From: a virus
Lineage: Duplodnaviria > Caudoviricetes
Virus record (IMG/VR): IMGVR_UViG_3300042862_000163
Coordinates: 50,521 to 114,520 of that record
Direction: 5' to 3' (one strand)
DNA: 64,000 nucleotides
This document shows positions 11,601-20,275 of the stretch, piece after piece. Positions within the stretch are counted from its first letter, which is position 1, and each line of letters starts with the position of its first letter. Below the pieces are notes generated by a model. The model was not told the DNA's origin. It made no database searches and worked only from the letters and a program-made list of their open reading frames with translations. Position numbers and translations under genes: made by a program.

Positions 11601-13392
11601 TAAAACTATGGCAATGTATAATGAATTTGCTATTAAGTTTCAGTATTTATCACAAATAGAAAATCAAGGAAGAGCATTGCTAAGACTTGAACAAAACAAA
11701 AAAGCTATTGCAACCTCTCAATTTGGAAAAACACAAAAGGATGAGTATGGTGAATTAGTATATACAAATGATAATAATGAGAACACTAAACTATATGAAG
11801 ATATGTTCAAAGCTATTGTATATCAACAAAAGTATATACAAAGTGAAGCATTTGATCAATTGCTAGGAAAGTTTGGTAATTTTGGTACAACTATAAATGA
11901 TAAACTTGGATTTAAACTATTACCAGAAAATTTAGATGGAAGACAAATAAGTATTAATAAAGCTATAACACAATTAAATAATACATTTCAAGTGACAGCT
12001 TTAGGTCTTAATATACTATCATCATCATCTAACTACTTTGGAGGTACAGCACAAGGGTTTATTAACGCTGGTAAGTATTTTACTAAAGCAGATTATGCAG
12101 CTACAGAAATGTGGTTACTAGGTAATAAAATGGGTGGTGTAGATAAACAGAAAATTCTTGCTGCACTTGAATATTTTATACCATTCACAGACAATTATAA
12201 TAAACAAGCTACAACGCATCTTTCTTTAAATAAATTAGATGAGCAAGCTGTGCAAGATTGGTTAATGATAATGATGAGAGAAGGAGATGAAGCTGTACAA
12301 AGATTAAACTTTTTTTCTTTCTTGAAAAATTCAATTGTTGTAGATGGTAAAGTGGTTAACTCTAGAGAATATTTAAAAACTACAGAAGAGTATAAAGAAT
12401 TTTATAAAGGAACTGAACAAGAAAGAAAAGATAGAGCTGATAAATTTGAAAAAGATGTAAAGGCTATTAATGAAAAACAAGGAGTATTAGCTTTAAGTAC
12501 AGTAGAAAATGGTGAACTTATTATTCCTGGTGTAGATAGAAAATCTGATTCTGTAATAGAACTAAGAAGAAAAGTGCAAAGTTTTACTGCTGATGCTTTA
12601 GGTTCTATGACAGAAGAAAATAAACGTCTAATGAATTTAAATATATATGGAAACTCATTCATGGTATTTAAAAACTGGATCCCAAGACTTGTAGATGTAC
12701 GTATGGGTAATATTAAATACAATGCTGCTTCTGATGCTTATGAATGGGGAAGAACTAGAATGATAGCTAGATTTGTATCAGATGATCTTAAAGGAGCATT
12801 AGGTAATCTTAAAAATTCTTTAATGGGTAATGATAAAGGAATGGAATATATAAGAGAACTATATGAGAAAAAAAGAGCTGATTATAAAGCTGATACTAAT
12901 AAAGAACTTGAAATGACAGAAGATGAATTTATCGATCTTGTTAGAGCAAATATTAAGAATCAATTAATAGATGTATTATTCTATGCAGGATTGTGGGCAT
13001 TGTTTTTAGGAATGAAAGCATTAGCTCCAGATGATGATGAAGATCCAGCTGTTAGAAGTCAATGGAACTTCATGCTTAAAGCAACAGATAAATTTAAAGA
13101 TGAGGTTGGATATTTTTATAATCCTGGAAGTTTAACAAGTTTAGTATCAAAAGGAGCATTCCCAGCTATGGGACTTATAACTAATTATGAAAAAGCATTA
13201 GGAGGATTTTTAAAAGAATCATATGCTTTAGGAACAGGAGATGATGAATCAGCTGAAAAGAATCAAGTTATAAAATATTGGATGAAAACAAATCCTATAA
13301 CTAATCAAGCTGCAGGATTACTTCCTATGTTTTACCCTGCTTTAGCAAAAGATCTTGGTATAAAGATGCAATCCCAATATGGTATAAGATAG
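8605..13392 (+). CDS. Large virion/ejection protein with degenerate zincin-like and PD-(D/E)xK nuclease-like domains
   Basis: 1595 aa, directly after the vRNAP. LPEEAMHF at about 8953-8976. SEVTIYD..LAGTVDFLAI..ILDWKF at about 9808-9910. Hydrophobic segment near the C-terminus. Confidence 0.7.
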   Translation: MAHCVNRSSPEFIALAEQSNINPIILAAKVSLWQEVNGLDNFPALENIVKSTEEKTIPQTASPQTLALIKDFIKRIGVDAKSMQNIVVNGVKQDANGVALLMQKLIQVVEGTEAQSLPEEAMHFAVAIIKQTNPKLYKKLMSEINNYQLKNEVFETYGSDPGYQLDGKPDVIKLKEEAIAKVLVETIINNNENNPEKLELIAKSQSWWNDIIDYFKNLFMKSGFDKLSMNIISGKNIGTAEDIREEEGTFFLQKSRQEQLVSSIKEISDRISLDTVKNDAGGEDSKYFIDGKEIKWRVSNITKTWYDILRRDKALNDSEFKKAVNTLKADKGTALHKDTEHAMSILTDDSGKLRSREELNDIIANDNHVSFGDPNNNDMYHLLRDNLRARMESFPKDTIFMSEVTIYDAKRDLAGTVDFLAITPTGKINILDWKFIGLDTAKFKDIPWYNVASWNRQMNQYKTIIKDNYGVENKDFEQTRMIPIKAVYSEANAKTGALPNLLNVIIGDVNVKNIKEDYLIPVPAPGEKVIIENDVAASKKINLLLDKLNDVYAKLSEQKALPSERLNKSEQLNALYSAIRQLQMKQDIGPLLYQAKVLNVQIQGIIETYNTKFKDVDRETLKGDEVEDFTKTMLVAEDALQHYTTLDLDLDFLFEGKTTDEEKALKEELRETAYQSRKLKETLGELFTEFTVDNIGGTEKGEKVVKDIFSKWLGTTSTIQIKSVQDLFKMANAAFGRAGMDTQSEVKKLTELKKSFQAWASNKGLTSKNMFSLIKKKGENELIDQYQNEFYKTLTSKIEAKDFDWIRDNVDVDAYKEYLEEKLKTEYKRIEDKSRVGSEEENYNAVTREQFEAKNLYDISTPKSVGWLLYNDIKNFPVETWESKEWKELHAKDTNGNYINKPALDFYNYIIERNNEYAKIGYIQDKTARTFLPWVRKGFTEKLIFGGNITVGEQFLKSISVDPDEVGFGSFDPISGKIINKIPRYLVSKFEEEASEDLFKTMAMYNEFAIKFQYLSQIENQGRALLRLEQNKKAIATSQFGKTQKDEYGELVYTNDNNENTKLYEDMFKAIVYQQKYIQSEAFDQLLGKFGNFGTTINDKLGFKLLPENLDGRQISINKAITQLNNTFQVTALGLNILSSSSNYFGGTAQGFINAGKYFTKADYAATEMWLLGNKMGGVDKQKILAALEYFIPFTDNYNKQATTHLSLNKLDEQAVQDWLMIMMREGDEAVQRLNFFSFLKNSIVVDGKVVNSREYLKTTEEYKEFYKGTEQERKDRADKFEKDVKAINEKQGVLALSTVENGELIIPGVDRKSDSVIELRRKVQSFTADALGSMTEENKRLMNLNIYGNSFMVFKNWIPRLVDVRMGNIKYNAASDAYEWGRTRMIARFVSDDLKGALGNLKNSLMGNDKGMEYIRELYEKKRADYKADTNKELEMTEDEFIDLVRANIKNQLIDVLFYAGLWALFLGMKALAPDDDEDPAVRSQWNFMLKATDKFKDEVGYFYNPGSLTSLVSKGAFPAMGLITNYEKALGGFLKESYALGTGDDESAEKNQVIKYWMKTNPITNQAAGLLPMFYPALAKDLGIKMQSQYGIR

Positions 13393-13484
13393 TGTAAGAT
13401 TAGTTACTATTAAAATATATTTATGTTATGCTATATTATGAAGAAAATATAATATTATCATTTCGTTATAACAAATATAAAATT

Positions 13485-13492
13485 TATATTTG
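13485..13492 (+). promoter_or_regulatory. Candidate Bacteroidota -7 promoter element (TAnnTTTG) upstream of the lysis cassette
   Basis: TATATTTG in the intergenic gap before 13544. Confidence 0.45.
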
Positions 13493-13543
13493 CTATAAAA
13501 TAAAATAATTATTTTATATGTTGTAATATCAGGCAATATCATT

Positions 13544-13864
13544 ATGGAAAGCACATTTGAAAAACAAGTTGAAAAAGAATTAAAAAGTATGGATCAGCGA
13601 TTATATGATTTAGAAGACAAAATGACTTCTATAGACGCTAAATTAACACAAGTTGTGGACGCTATATTAGGTAACGCACTAACAAAAACTGGGGGGTTTG
13701 TTGCTGATTTAACTGAGCTTAAGTCTAAAATGAAAGAATTAGAAGATAAACTTCAAAAACAAGAAGAGTTCAAAAAGAGATTCTCTTGGACAATTGGAAT
13801 AATTATAGGAATTGGTGTACTACTTCAATATCTATCTACATTATATAAAAACATAAAAGGATAA
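13544..13864 (+). CDS. Coiled-coil protein with C-terminal TM helix (holin/antiholin-like)
   Basis: Heptad-rich N-terminus, WTIGIIIGIGVLLQYL TM segment, first gene of the lysis cluster. Confidence 0.5.
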   Translation: MESTFEKQVEKELKSMDQRLYDLEDKMTSIDAKLTQVVDAILGNALTKTGGFVADLTELKSKMKELEDKLQKQEEFKKRFSWTIGIIIGIGVLLQYLSTLYKNIKG

Positions 13865-13865
13865 A

Positions 13866-14483
13866 ATGAAAATATTAAACTATATAAAGACTAATTTTTT
13901 TAATATTATTGTTTTAATATTAGTTTCAGTTATTTTATTGCAGAAATGTACTAGTACACCAGCTAAACCAACTGAACCTAAAATAGTAAAAGATACTGTA
14001 TGGGTAACTACAAAAAATACTGTTGTTACACAGCCTGTAGTTTATAAAACAATTCCAGGAAAACCAGGAACTAATTATACTCCTGATCCAAACTATGCTA
14101 AACTTGTATTGCAATATACTAAACTAGTAGAAGAACATATAGCTCTTAATGTATATAAAGATACAATTAAAATTGACAGTATAGGACATGTTTACATTAA
14201 TGACACTATAAGTAAAAATAATATTTCTTATAGAAAAGTAGCTTGGAATTTAAAATATCCTATAATAACAAATACTATTACACTACCTCCAGTTAGAAAT
14301 AATCAACTCTATGTTGGTGGAGGATTGCAAGGAGAACAAACACAATTGTTAAATCAATTTAATGTTGGTCTTTTATTAAAGACAAAATCAGATCAGATAT
14401 ACAATGTATATTCAGGAATGAATACAGATGGTCAATTGCAAATAGGCTTACAAGCTTATTGGAAAATCAAATTACATAAATGA
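13866..14483 (+). CDS. Putative spanin-like membrane protein or lipoprotein
   Basis: N-terminal hydrophobic helix ending LLQKC, Pro/Thr linker, C-terminal amphipathic beta-strands, lysis-cassette context. Confidence 0.5.
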   Translation: MKILNYIKTNFFNIIVLILVSVILLQKCTSTPAKPTEPKIVKDTVWVTTKNTVVTQPVVYKTIPGKPGTNYTPDPNYAKLVLQYTKLVEEHIALNVYKDTIKIDSIGHVYINDTISKNNISYRKVAWNLKYPIITNTITLPPVRNNQLYVGGGLQGEQTQLLNQFNVGLLLKTKSDQIYNVYSGMNTDGQLQIGLQAYWKIKLHK

Positions 14484-14767
14484 TATATAAATTATTTAAA
14501 TACATTGAACCTATATGGCTAGGAGCTAATAAGAAACTTTCAATAAGAAGATCTTTAGCACTGGCTTTTTCAATAGATTTAATTCTAAATATATCACATA
14601 CAGTGCATAATTGGAAAGCTGGACAATCATATGCTGATATAGCTATGTTGTTAGGACTGGAAGCTGCTCTTGTAGCTGCTCTTTTATCTTTAACCACTTA
14701 TTCAAATAGTCTTATCAATAGACAACCAACAACTAATTTAGACATTCCTCAAGAAGATCAATTATGA
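14480..14767 (+). CDS. Putative holin
   Basis: 95 aa with two hydrophobic segments; ATGA overlap with the endolysin. Confidence 0.55.
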   Translation: MIYKLFKYIEPIWLGANKKLSIRRSLALAFSIDLILNISHTVHNWKAGQSYADIAMLLGLEAALVAALLSLTTYSNSLINRQPTTNLDIPQEDQL

Positions 14768-15261
14768 AAACAAGCAACATAGGAATAGAACTGATTAAAG
14801 AATTTGAATCTCTACATGATGGAGATTCATCTCTTATTGGATTACAACCAAAAATGTGTCCTGCAGGAGTTTGGACAGAAGGATATGGACATGCTATGAG
14901 AGATAGTAAAGGAAATTTCATTAAAGGAAAAGCTAACAAAACACTAGCATATAATAATGCAAAAGTTAAAACAAAAACTGAAGCTACAAAATTGTTATTT
15001 CAAGATTTAGATCCTAGAGAATACATAGTAGAACAAAAAGTTAAAGTGGATCTTAATCAAAATCAATTTGATGCACTTGTATCTTATGTATATAATACAG
15101 GTGGTTCTTCAACATTATATAATTTAATAAACAAAAAAGCTCCTGATGCTGATATAAAGAAATGGATTGAAACTAAATACATTTCAGCAGATGGTGTTAA
15201 ACTAGCTGGTCTAGTTAGAAGAAGAAAAGCAGAAAGTAATTTATTTTTTACACCAGTTTAA
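14764..15261 (+). CDS. Endolysin, GH24 phage lysozyme
   Basis: IKEFE..CPAGVWTEGYGH, LNQNQFDALVS and GLVRRRKAE motifs. Confidence 0.93.
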   Translation: MKTSNIGIELIKEFESLHDGDSSLIGLQPKMCPAGVWTEGYGHAMRDSKGNFIKGKANKTLAYNNAKVKTKTEATKLLFQDLDPREYIVEQKVKVDLNQNQFDALVSYVYNTGGSSTLYNLINKKAPDADIKKWIETKYISADGVKLAGLVRRRKAESNLFFTPV

Positions 15262-15264
15262 ACC

Positions 15265-15399
15265 ATGGCAAAACAAACCAATACATCAACAAAAGCAGTA
15301 GTAATTAAAGTGAGCAGACCTAACGTGCATGCTAAATCTCAGACATCTAAACTTAAATCTTCTAAGAACTACAAGAAGCTTTATAATGGACAAGGATAA
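15265..15399 (+). CDS. Small basic protein (44 aa, MAKQTNTS...KLYNGQG)
   Basis: Hand-translated; packed tightly after the lysozyme; absent from the ORF track. Confidence 0.6.
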   Translation: MAKQTNTSTKAVVIKVSRPNVHAKSQTSKLKSSKNYKKLYNGQG

Positions 15400-15401
15400 A
15401 C

Positions 15402-15551
15402 ATGGAATGGGACTTAGAAATAGCTATACATTGGCCTCATAATAGATTTACTATAGGATGGGATATTATACATGCTGATGAAAAGTATAATTACGAAACA
15501 TATAACTTGTATTTAGCAATATTTACATTAACATTAAATATATATAATTAA
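15402..15551 (+). CDS. Small hypothetical protein (49 aa, MEWDLEIAIHWPH...)
   Basis: Hand-translated; starts 2 nt after the previous stop. Confidence 0.55.
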   Translation: MEWDLEIAIHWPHNRFTIGWDIIHADEKYNYETYNLYLAIFTLTLNIYN

Positions 15552-15590
15552 TTTAGTTAGACTTGTGCTAACTATTTTCGTTATTTTAAT

Positions 15591-15633
15591 TTGGTGAAAA
15601 ACATATACTAATGGTGAAAATCACTTATTTTTG
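15591..15633 (+). promoter_or_regulatory. Candidate promoter/operator
   Basis: TGGTGAAAA repeated at 15592 and 15612, followed by TATTTTTG (TAnnTTTG) at 15626-15633. Confidence 0.4.
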
Positions 15634-15656
15634 TATAATAAATAAAATTTAAACAA

Positions 15657-16175
15657 ATGGCAATACCATCAAAACAAATAGGTCAATCATCAGAATCTAA
15701 TTTACTTTGGAATATATCTAAACAATTAGATCAATTGACAAAAATTACTAATGCTTCTTCTAATGTAACAGTGGAAAATACTGGAGCAAATCCTGTTCCT
15801 ATTAGTCCAAGACCTAATACTACTGGAGCAAATGGAACAACTCCTTATAAATTAATATCATTAGCTACAACAAATGCTAATGTTGTTAAAGCTTCACCAG
15901 GAAATTTATATTCTATTGTAGCCATTGGATTAACTTCAACCGTTAGATATTTAAAATTGTACAATAAAGCAACATCACCAACTGTAGGTACAGATGTTCC
16001 ATTAATGACTATTCCTGTTCCAGCTAATACACAAGGAGCAGGTATATCTATTCCATTCTCTATGGGAGTTAATTTCCCTTTAGGAATTGCTCTTTCCATA
16101 ACAAGTGGATTAGCAGATAATGATACAGGAACAATATTAGCAAATGATGTAGTGATAAACTTAACTTACGCATAA
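15657..16175 (+). CDS. Putative virion structural/decoration protein
   Basis: Helical N-terminus plus beta-rich C-terminal domain (YLKLYNKATSPTVGTD..F.LGI); structural-gene context. Confidence 0.55.
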   Translation: MAIPSKQIGQSSESNLLWNISKQLDQLTKITNASSNVTVENTGANPVPISPRPNTTGANGTTPYKLISLATTNANVVKASPGNLYSIVAIGLTSTVRYLKLYNKATSPTVGTDVPLMTIPVPANTQGAGISIPFSMGVNFPLGIALSITSGLADNDTGTILANDVVINLTYA

Positions 16176-16177
16176 TT

Positions 16178-16327
16178 ATGTTAACTCTATTAGGATGTGG
16201 ACAAGGACAAGCTAGTATAACTGTTATTGCTTTAATCAATGCTTTTAAAGCAAGGGTAGCAGCTGACTCTGGTATGTATGAAGCAGAAGCTTGTCAAATA
16301 ATAACATTAAATACATTAGCAACATGA
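16178..16327 (+). CDS. Small hypothetical protein (49 aa, MLTLLGCGQG...FKARVAADSG)
   Basis: Hand-translated; stop overlaps the next ATG (ATGA). Confidence 0.6.
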   Translation: MLTLLGCGQGQASITVIALINAFKARVAADSGMYEAEACQIITLNTLAT

Positions 16328-18021
16328 GTTTAATTAATAAAGCTTCATTAATAATTACGCCAAACGCTGTTAAGGAAGGAAAACTGTATTCTGTTGTTCC
16401 TAACACACCATTAGGTGATATGACCGTTGTTCGTGCTACAACAGCAACGAGAGTAAATAGTGCAGGATTGATTGAAGTAGTTCCAAGAAATTTGTTTACC
16501 TATAGTAATACTTTTAGTAACCCAATAGATTGGGGTGGTTTTAATCAATTATCACTCACTGCAAATGCAGGAATATCTCCTGATGGAAATAATAATGCTT
16601 TTTTATTCACAAAAAATACAAGTAGTATTTACGGTTGGAAAAGTCAAAATAACACTTCATTTTATTTAGGTGTTACTTACACTTTTTCTGCTTTTGTAAA
16701 AAAAGGAACTGTAGGAAATACAGCTATAATAAGGGTTGCAGGTGGTGCTTTTCCTCCTGCAATTGTTTTTGAATTTAATTTTGATACAGAAACTATTACA
16801 AATGGTGGAAGTTTTACTAAATTAGAAAATGGTTGGTATAGAATTTCAGGACAAAGAACAGCTACGAGTACAGGAAGTGGTGATTTTCAAATAGGTGTTA
16901 TTTCAGCATTAGCGACAGGCTTGAATAACGTATTAATCTATGGTGCTCAATTAGAAGCAGGTTCAACAGCAACAGAATATTTCCCTACAACAACAAGATT
17001 AAACATTCCACGTATTGACTACACAAACGGAAGTTGTCCGAGTTTATTGGTAGAACCGCAGAGAACTAATTTGTTGTTGAGAAGTGAGGAGTTTAATGAT
17101 GCTGCTTGGATAAAAACAAACGCTACTGTAACATCTAATAGTACAATTTCTCCAAGCGGAACTTTAACAGCGGACACAATTAATATTTCAGTTCAAGATG
17201 TTGAACGTGTTATTCAAAGAGTTTTAGTAGGAACTTCTATTGCAGGTGTAACATATACTGCGAGTGTATGGGTAAAAGGACAAGGAAGTAATGTTGGAAA
17301 ACAAGTTAGATTTAGGGTAAAAAGAAATAGCGGAGGTGCTCTTTCAGATGCTATATTAAATTATACACTTACTTCTAATTGGACAAGATTATCTATTAGT
17401 TTTACAGGTGTAACTGATAATACAGGCGTGGCTTATAGTTTTGATGGTGCTACAAATTATGCAGATTCATTTGATGTTTGGGGTGCTCAATTAGAAGCAG
17501 GCTCATACGCTACTTCATATATTCCAACAGTAGCATCAACAGTAACACGTAACGCTGATGTTATTTCTAAAACAGGAATAAGTATTTTAATAGGGCAAAC
17601 AGAAGGAACTATATTTTTAGATTTTGAATTATTACCAAACAATATAAACAGTAGTTATGTATTCGCTTTGAATGACGGTACTAATATAAATATGATAAGA
17701 AGTGAAATTTTTATATTAAGTCCAACAATTTTACAATTCCGAACTGGTGTTAATACTTTAGGAGTCGGTCAAGGTGATTTTTTTACAACTATTACGCAAT
17801 TAAGAAATAAAATGGCAATTTCTTATTCTTTAAATAATGTTAAAATTTTTATAAATGGTACTTTAGTAGCCACCGATACTTCTGTAACGATACCTACAAT
17901 GAATACTTTTAATATAGGAAATAGAACTTTAGACAATATTATTGGTTCAAGTTATAAACAAGCAATACTTTTCAAAACGCAATTAAGCAATGCAGAATGT
18001 ATCGCATTAACAACGCTATAA
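16324..18021 (+). CDS. Head spike/fibre protein with duplicated carbohydrate-binding-like domains
   Basis: RATTATRVNSAGLIE, PRIDY..LLVEPQRTNL, two GAQLEAGS.AT.Y modules, LamG-like C-terminus. Start refined to ATG 16324. Confidence 0.75.
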   Translation: MSLINKASLIITPNAVKEGKLYSVVPNTPLGDMTVVRATTATRVNSAGLIEVVPRNLFTYSNTFSNPIDWGGFNQLSLTANAGISPDGNNNAFLFTKNTSSIYGWKSQNNTSFYLGVTYTFSAFVKKGTVGNTAIIRVAGGAFPPAIVFEFNFDTETITNGGSFTKLENGWYRISGQRTATSTGSGDFQIGVISALATGLNNVLIYGAQLEAGSTATEYFPTTTRLNIPRIDYTNGSCPSLLVEPQRTNLLLRSEEFNDAAWIKTNATVTSNSTISPSGTLTADTINISVQDVERVIQRVLVGTSIAGVTYTASVWVKGQGSNVGKQVRFRVKRNSGGALSDAILNYTLTSNWTRLSISFTGVTDNTGVAYSFDGATNYADSFDVWGAQLEAGSYATSYIPTVASTVTRNADVISKTGISILIGQTEGTIFLDFELLPNNINSSYVFALNDGTNINMIRSEIFILSPTILQFRTGVNTLGVGQGDFFTTITQLRNKMAISYSLNNVKIFINGTLVATDTSVTIPTMNTFNIGNRTLDNIIGSSYKQAILFKTQLSNAECIALTTL

Positions 18022-18350
18022 TGGAAATATATAAATTAAATTACACAGACAAAGAAACTGCAATTGCTGATTTATTAGCTAAAGGAGTTTATGTAGAAAT
18101 AGAAGGAGAATTATCCTATATCAATGGAACTCAAGCTGTAGTTGATATAGGTCAAATAGTGAAAGTTGAAGGAACGTATGATGAACAAGGAAATGTAATT
18201 ACTGAACCTATTTATTTTGAAGGCGTATTCTACGATGTAATGACCACAGAAGTAATTGACTTTGGAAGTAACGAAGTATTTCCTATTGATTGCAAACATA
18301 GTTTTATGGGTTATGCTCAAAATGCTGATGGGCCTGTATTAGAAGTATAA
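18021..18350 (+). CDS. Fibre-associated hypothetical protein
   Basis: TAATG coupling to the fibre gene; acidic. Confidence 0.6.
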   Translation: MEIYKLNYTDKETAIADLLAKGVYVEIEGELSYINGTQAVVDIGQIVKVEGTYDEQGNVITEPIYFEGVFYDVMTTEVIDFGSNEVFPIDCKHSFMGYAQNADGPVLEV

Positions 18351-18376
18351 AGAATAAATTAAAACCAAACTACATA

Positions 18377-19390
18377 ATGAAACCAATATTAATTACATGT
18401 CAACCTACAGATACATACTTTGTATGGCAAAATCATATGTATATAGAATCTTGTATAGCTCAAGGATTTAAAGAAGAGCAAATACATATTCTTTTATACA
18501 ATCCTATAGGGAGAGTTTATAACACTAGCTGGGATAAGTTAAAAGAATGTTATCCAAAACTAAATATATTTATATATGAAGATAAAGGAGTTCAGCAATT
18601 TCTTGGAACTTATATTCCTATATTAAGACCTCATATTCTTTGGCAACATTTTGAAGCTTTTCCAGAATTACAAGATAGAACAATTATATATACAGATAGT
18701 GATATTCTTTGGTTAGATTCATTAAATATAAATCATTTATTAGAAGATGATATAAATTATGTTAGTGATGCTAATTCATATTTGAATCATTCATATTTTG
18801 AAAGTAAGTATAGAGATGTACTTCCTGAAAAATTAGAAGAAGCTAAATCAATAGATTTTTTAAAAGGAGTTTGTGATATAGTTGGTATAGATAAACAAGT
18901 TGTAATAGACAACAATTCTAATACAGGAGGTGTACAATATATTCTAAAAGATATAGATGCATCATTTTGGAAAAAAGTTGAAACAGATGTTCTTAAAATA
19001 AGAATATATCTTCAACAGATGAATAGAGATTATTTCAAAGATGAAAATAGTGGTATACAATCATGGTGTGCAGATCTTTGGGCAGTACAATTTAATCTTT
19101 GGTTCTTCAATAAAGAAAGTAAAGTAGCTAAAGAATTAGCATTTGCTTGGGCTACAGATCCAATTATAAAAATAGAAACATATCCTATTCTTCATAATGC
19201 AGGAATAGTTTCTGAAACAGGAAATGGTTATCCAGCTTTCTACAAAGGAAAGTATCATATGGGTACAGACCCAACAAAAGATCCTAACCTACAATTAATA
19301 CTTAATAATGAACAATCAAAGAAGTATTGTACTTGGTATTATGCAGAAAAATTAAATACAATCAAAAATAAATATAACCTTAATTATTAA
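18377..19390 (+). CDS. GT-A fold glycosyltransferase resembling HPAT/SGT1 (GT95/GT96) protein O-glycosyltransferases
   Basis: YFVWQ, YIPILRP, DxD (YTDSDIL), GGVQYI and SWCADLWA motifs in the HPAT/SGT order. Confidence 0.6.
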   Translation: MKPILITCQPTDTYFVWQNHMYIESCIAQGFKEEQIHILLYNPIGRVYNTSWDKLKECYPKLNIFIYEDKGVQQFLGTYIPILRPHILWQHFEAFPELQDRTIIYTDSDILWLDSLNINHLLEDDINYVSDANSYLNHSYFESKYRDVLPEKLEEAKSIDFLKGVCDIVGIDKQVVIDNNSNTGGVQYILKDIDASFWKKVETDVLKIRIYLQQMNRDYFKDENSGIQSWCADLWAVQFNLWFFNKESKVAKELAFAWATDPIIKIETYPILHNAGIVSETGNGYPAFYKGKYHMGTDPTKDPNLQLILNNEQSKKYCTWYYAEKLNTIKNKYNLNY

Positions 19391-19394
19391 AAAC

Positions 19395-19565
19395 ATGTCA
19401 AATCAGAGAAATTTAAAAGCATTTGTTCGCTTCGATGGAAGTGGAAGAGTTGTCGCAGGCAGCTTGATCTTGAGAAGAAGTAAACCAAAAGTGGGTAAAT
19501 GGCAAGAGATAACAGCATATGAATGTTGTAATCCTACTACCACTACTACTACAACAGTAGTTTAA
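19395..19565 (+). CDS. Small protein (56 aa) ending ECCNPTTTTTTTVV
   Basis: Hand-translated from ATG 19395 to TAA 19563-19565; fills the gap between flanking genes. Confidence 0.75.
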   Translation: MSNQRNLKAFVRFDGSGRVVAGSLILRRSKPKVGKWQEITAYECCNPTTTTTTTVV

Positions 19566-19576
19566 TTTAATGTAAA

Positions 19577-19990
19577 ATGGCACTAAAATCACTATTTCCA
19601 GATGACATGATGAAATCATCATCTGAAGGCTTAACGTTAGAAAGTATAGCTGCAAAGCTTACTTACTTCCATGAGCAATTGCATTTATTGCATTGGCAAA
19701 CTAGTTCATATGCAGAGCACCAAGCTCTTGGTGGATTATATGATTATGTACATGATTTTAAAGATGGTGTAGTTGAAAAGATTATGGGCTATACAGGTAA
19801 AAGACCTGGAGCTTATAAAATAGAACCTCTTGGTGGAGCTAATGCTTCTTCTGTTGTTTCTGAACTTATGAGCTTTGCATCATCATTAAAAGCATATGGT
19901 GAAAAAAATGCTTATCACGATATATGTAATCTTGCAGATAGTTTATCTGGAGAAGCGGCTAAAACAAAATATCTATTAACATTATCATAA
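19577..19990 (+). CDS. Ferritin/Dps-like protein (DUF5856-like)
   Basis: HLLHWQT.SYAEH.AL..LYD...D..VE four-helix iron-binding pattern. Confidence 0.75.
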   Translation: MALKSLFPDDMMKSSSEGLTLESIAAKLTYFHEQLHLLHWQTSSYAEHQALGGLYDYVHDFKDGVVEKIMGYTGKRPGAYKIEPLGGANASSVVSELMSFASSLKAYGEKNAYHDICNLADSLSGEAAKTKYLLTLS

Positions 19991-20274
19991 TGGAAATAAA
20001 CAGAAAACATTTTCCTAAAGTGATGCAAGATAATGATGAAACATTTCTTGCACATCTGGAAGGTGTTATTTCTTCTGTTGATGAACTATGTAGCTTAGAG
20101 ATAACAAAGAGCTTAGAATCATATAGATTCAGAATAGCTTGTAGTCTTCCTAAGTATAATAATATGGTGATTGAAGAAATATTAAAGTTCTGTAATCTAT
20201 TCCATATAAGACTTGATATGAGCAAGAGTATTAAAACAACAAGCGTTATTACGTTTGAAATAAATCTAAATTAA
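19990..20274 (+). CDS. Hypothetical protein
   Basis: Translationally coupled ORF. Confidence 0.6.
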   Translation: MEINRKHFPKVMQDNDETFLAHLEGVISSVDELCSLEITKSLESYRFRIACSLPKYNNMVIEEILKFCNLFHIRLDMSKSIKTTSVITFEINLN

Positions 20275-20275
20275 T

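Noticed and set aside
518-12722. Antisense ORFs inside the giant genes (e.g. 1331-1699, 1790-2197, 9243-9689) and similar + strand ORFs in the right arm
   Set aside because: These are shadow ORFs of strongly biased coding strands, Ser/Leu/Phe-rich and without motifs.
3-13392. Stop-codon recoding (TAG or TGA) as in some crAss-like phages
   Set aside because: Very long ORFs are intact in the standard code; TAG and TGA serve as apparent true stops; no suppressor tRNA was seen.
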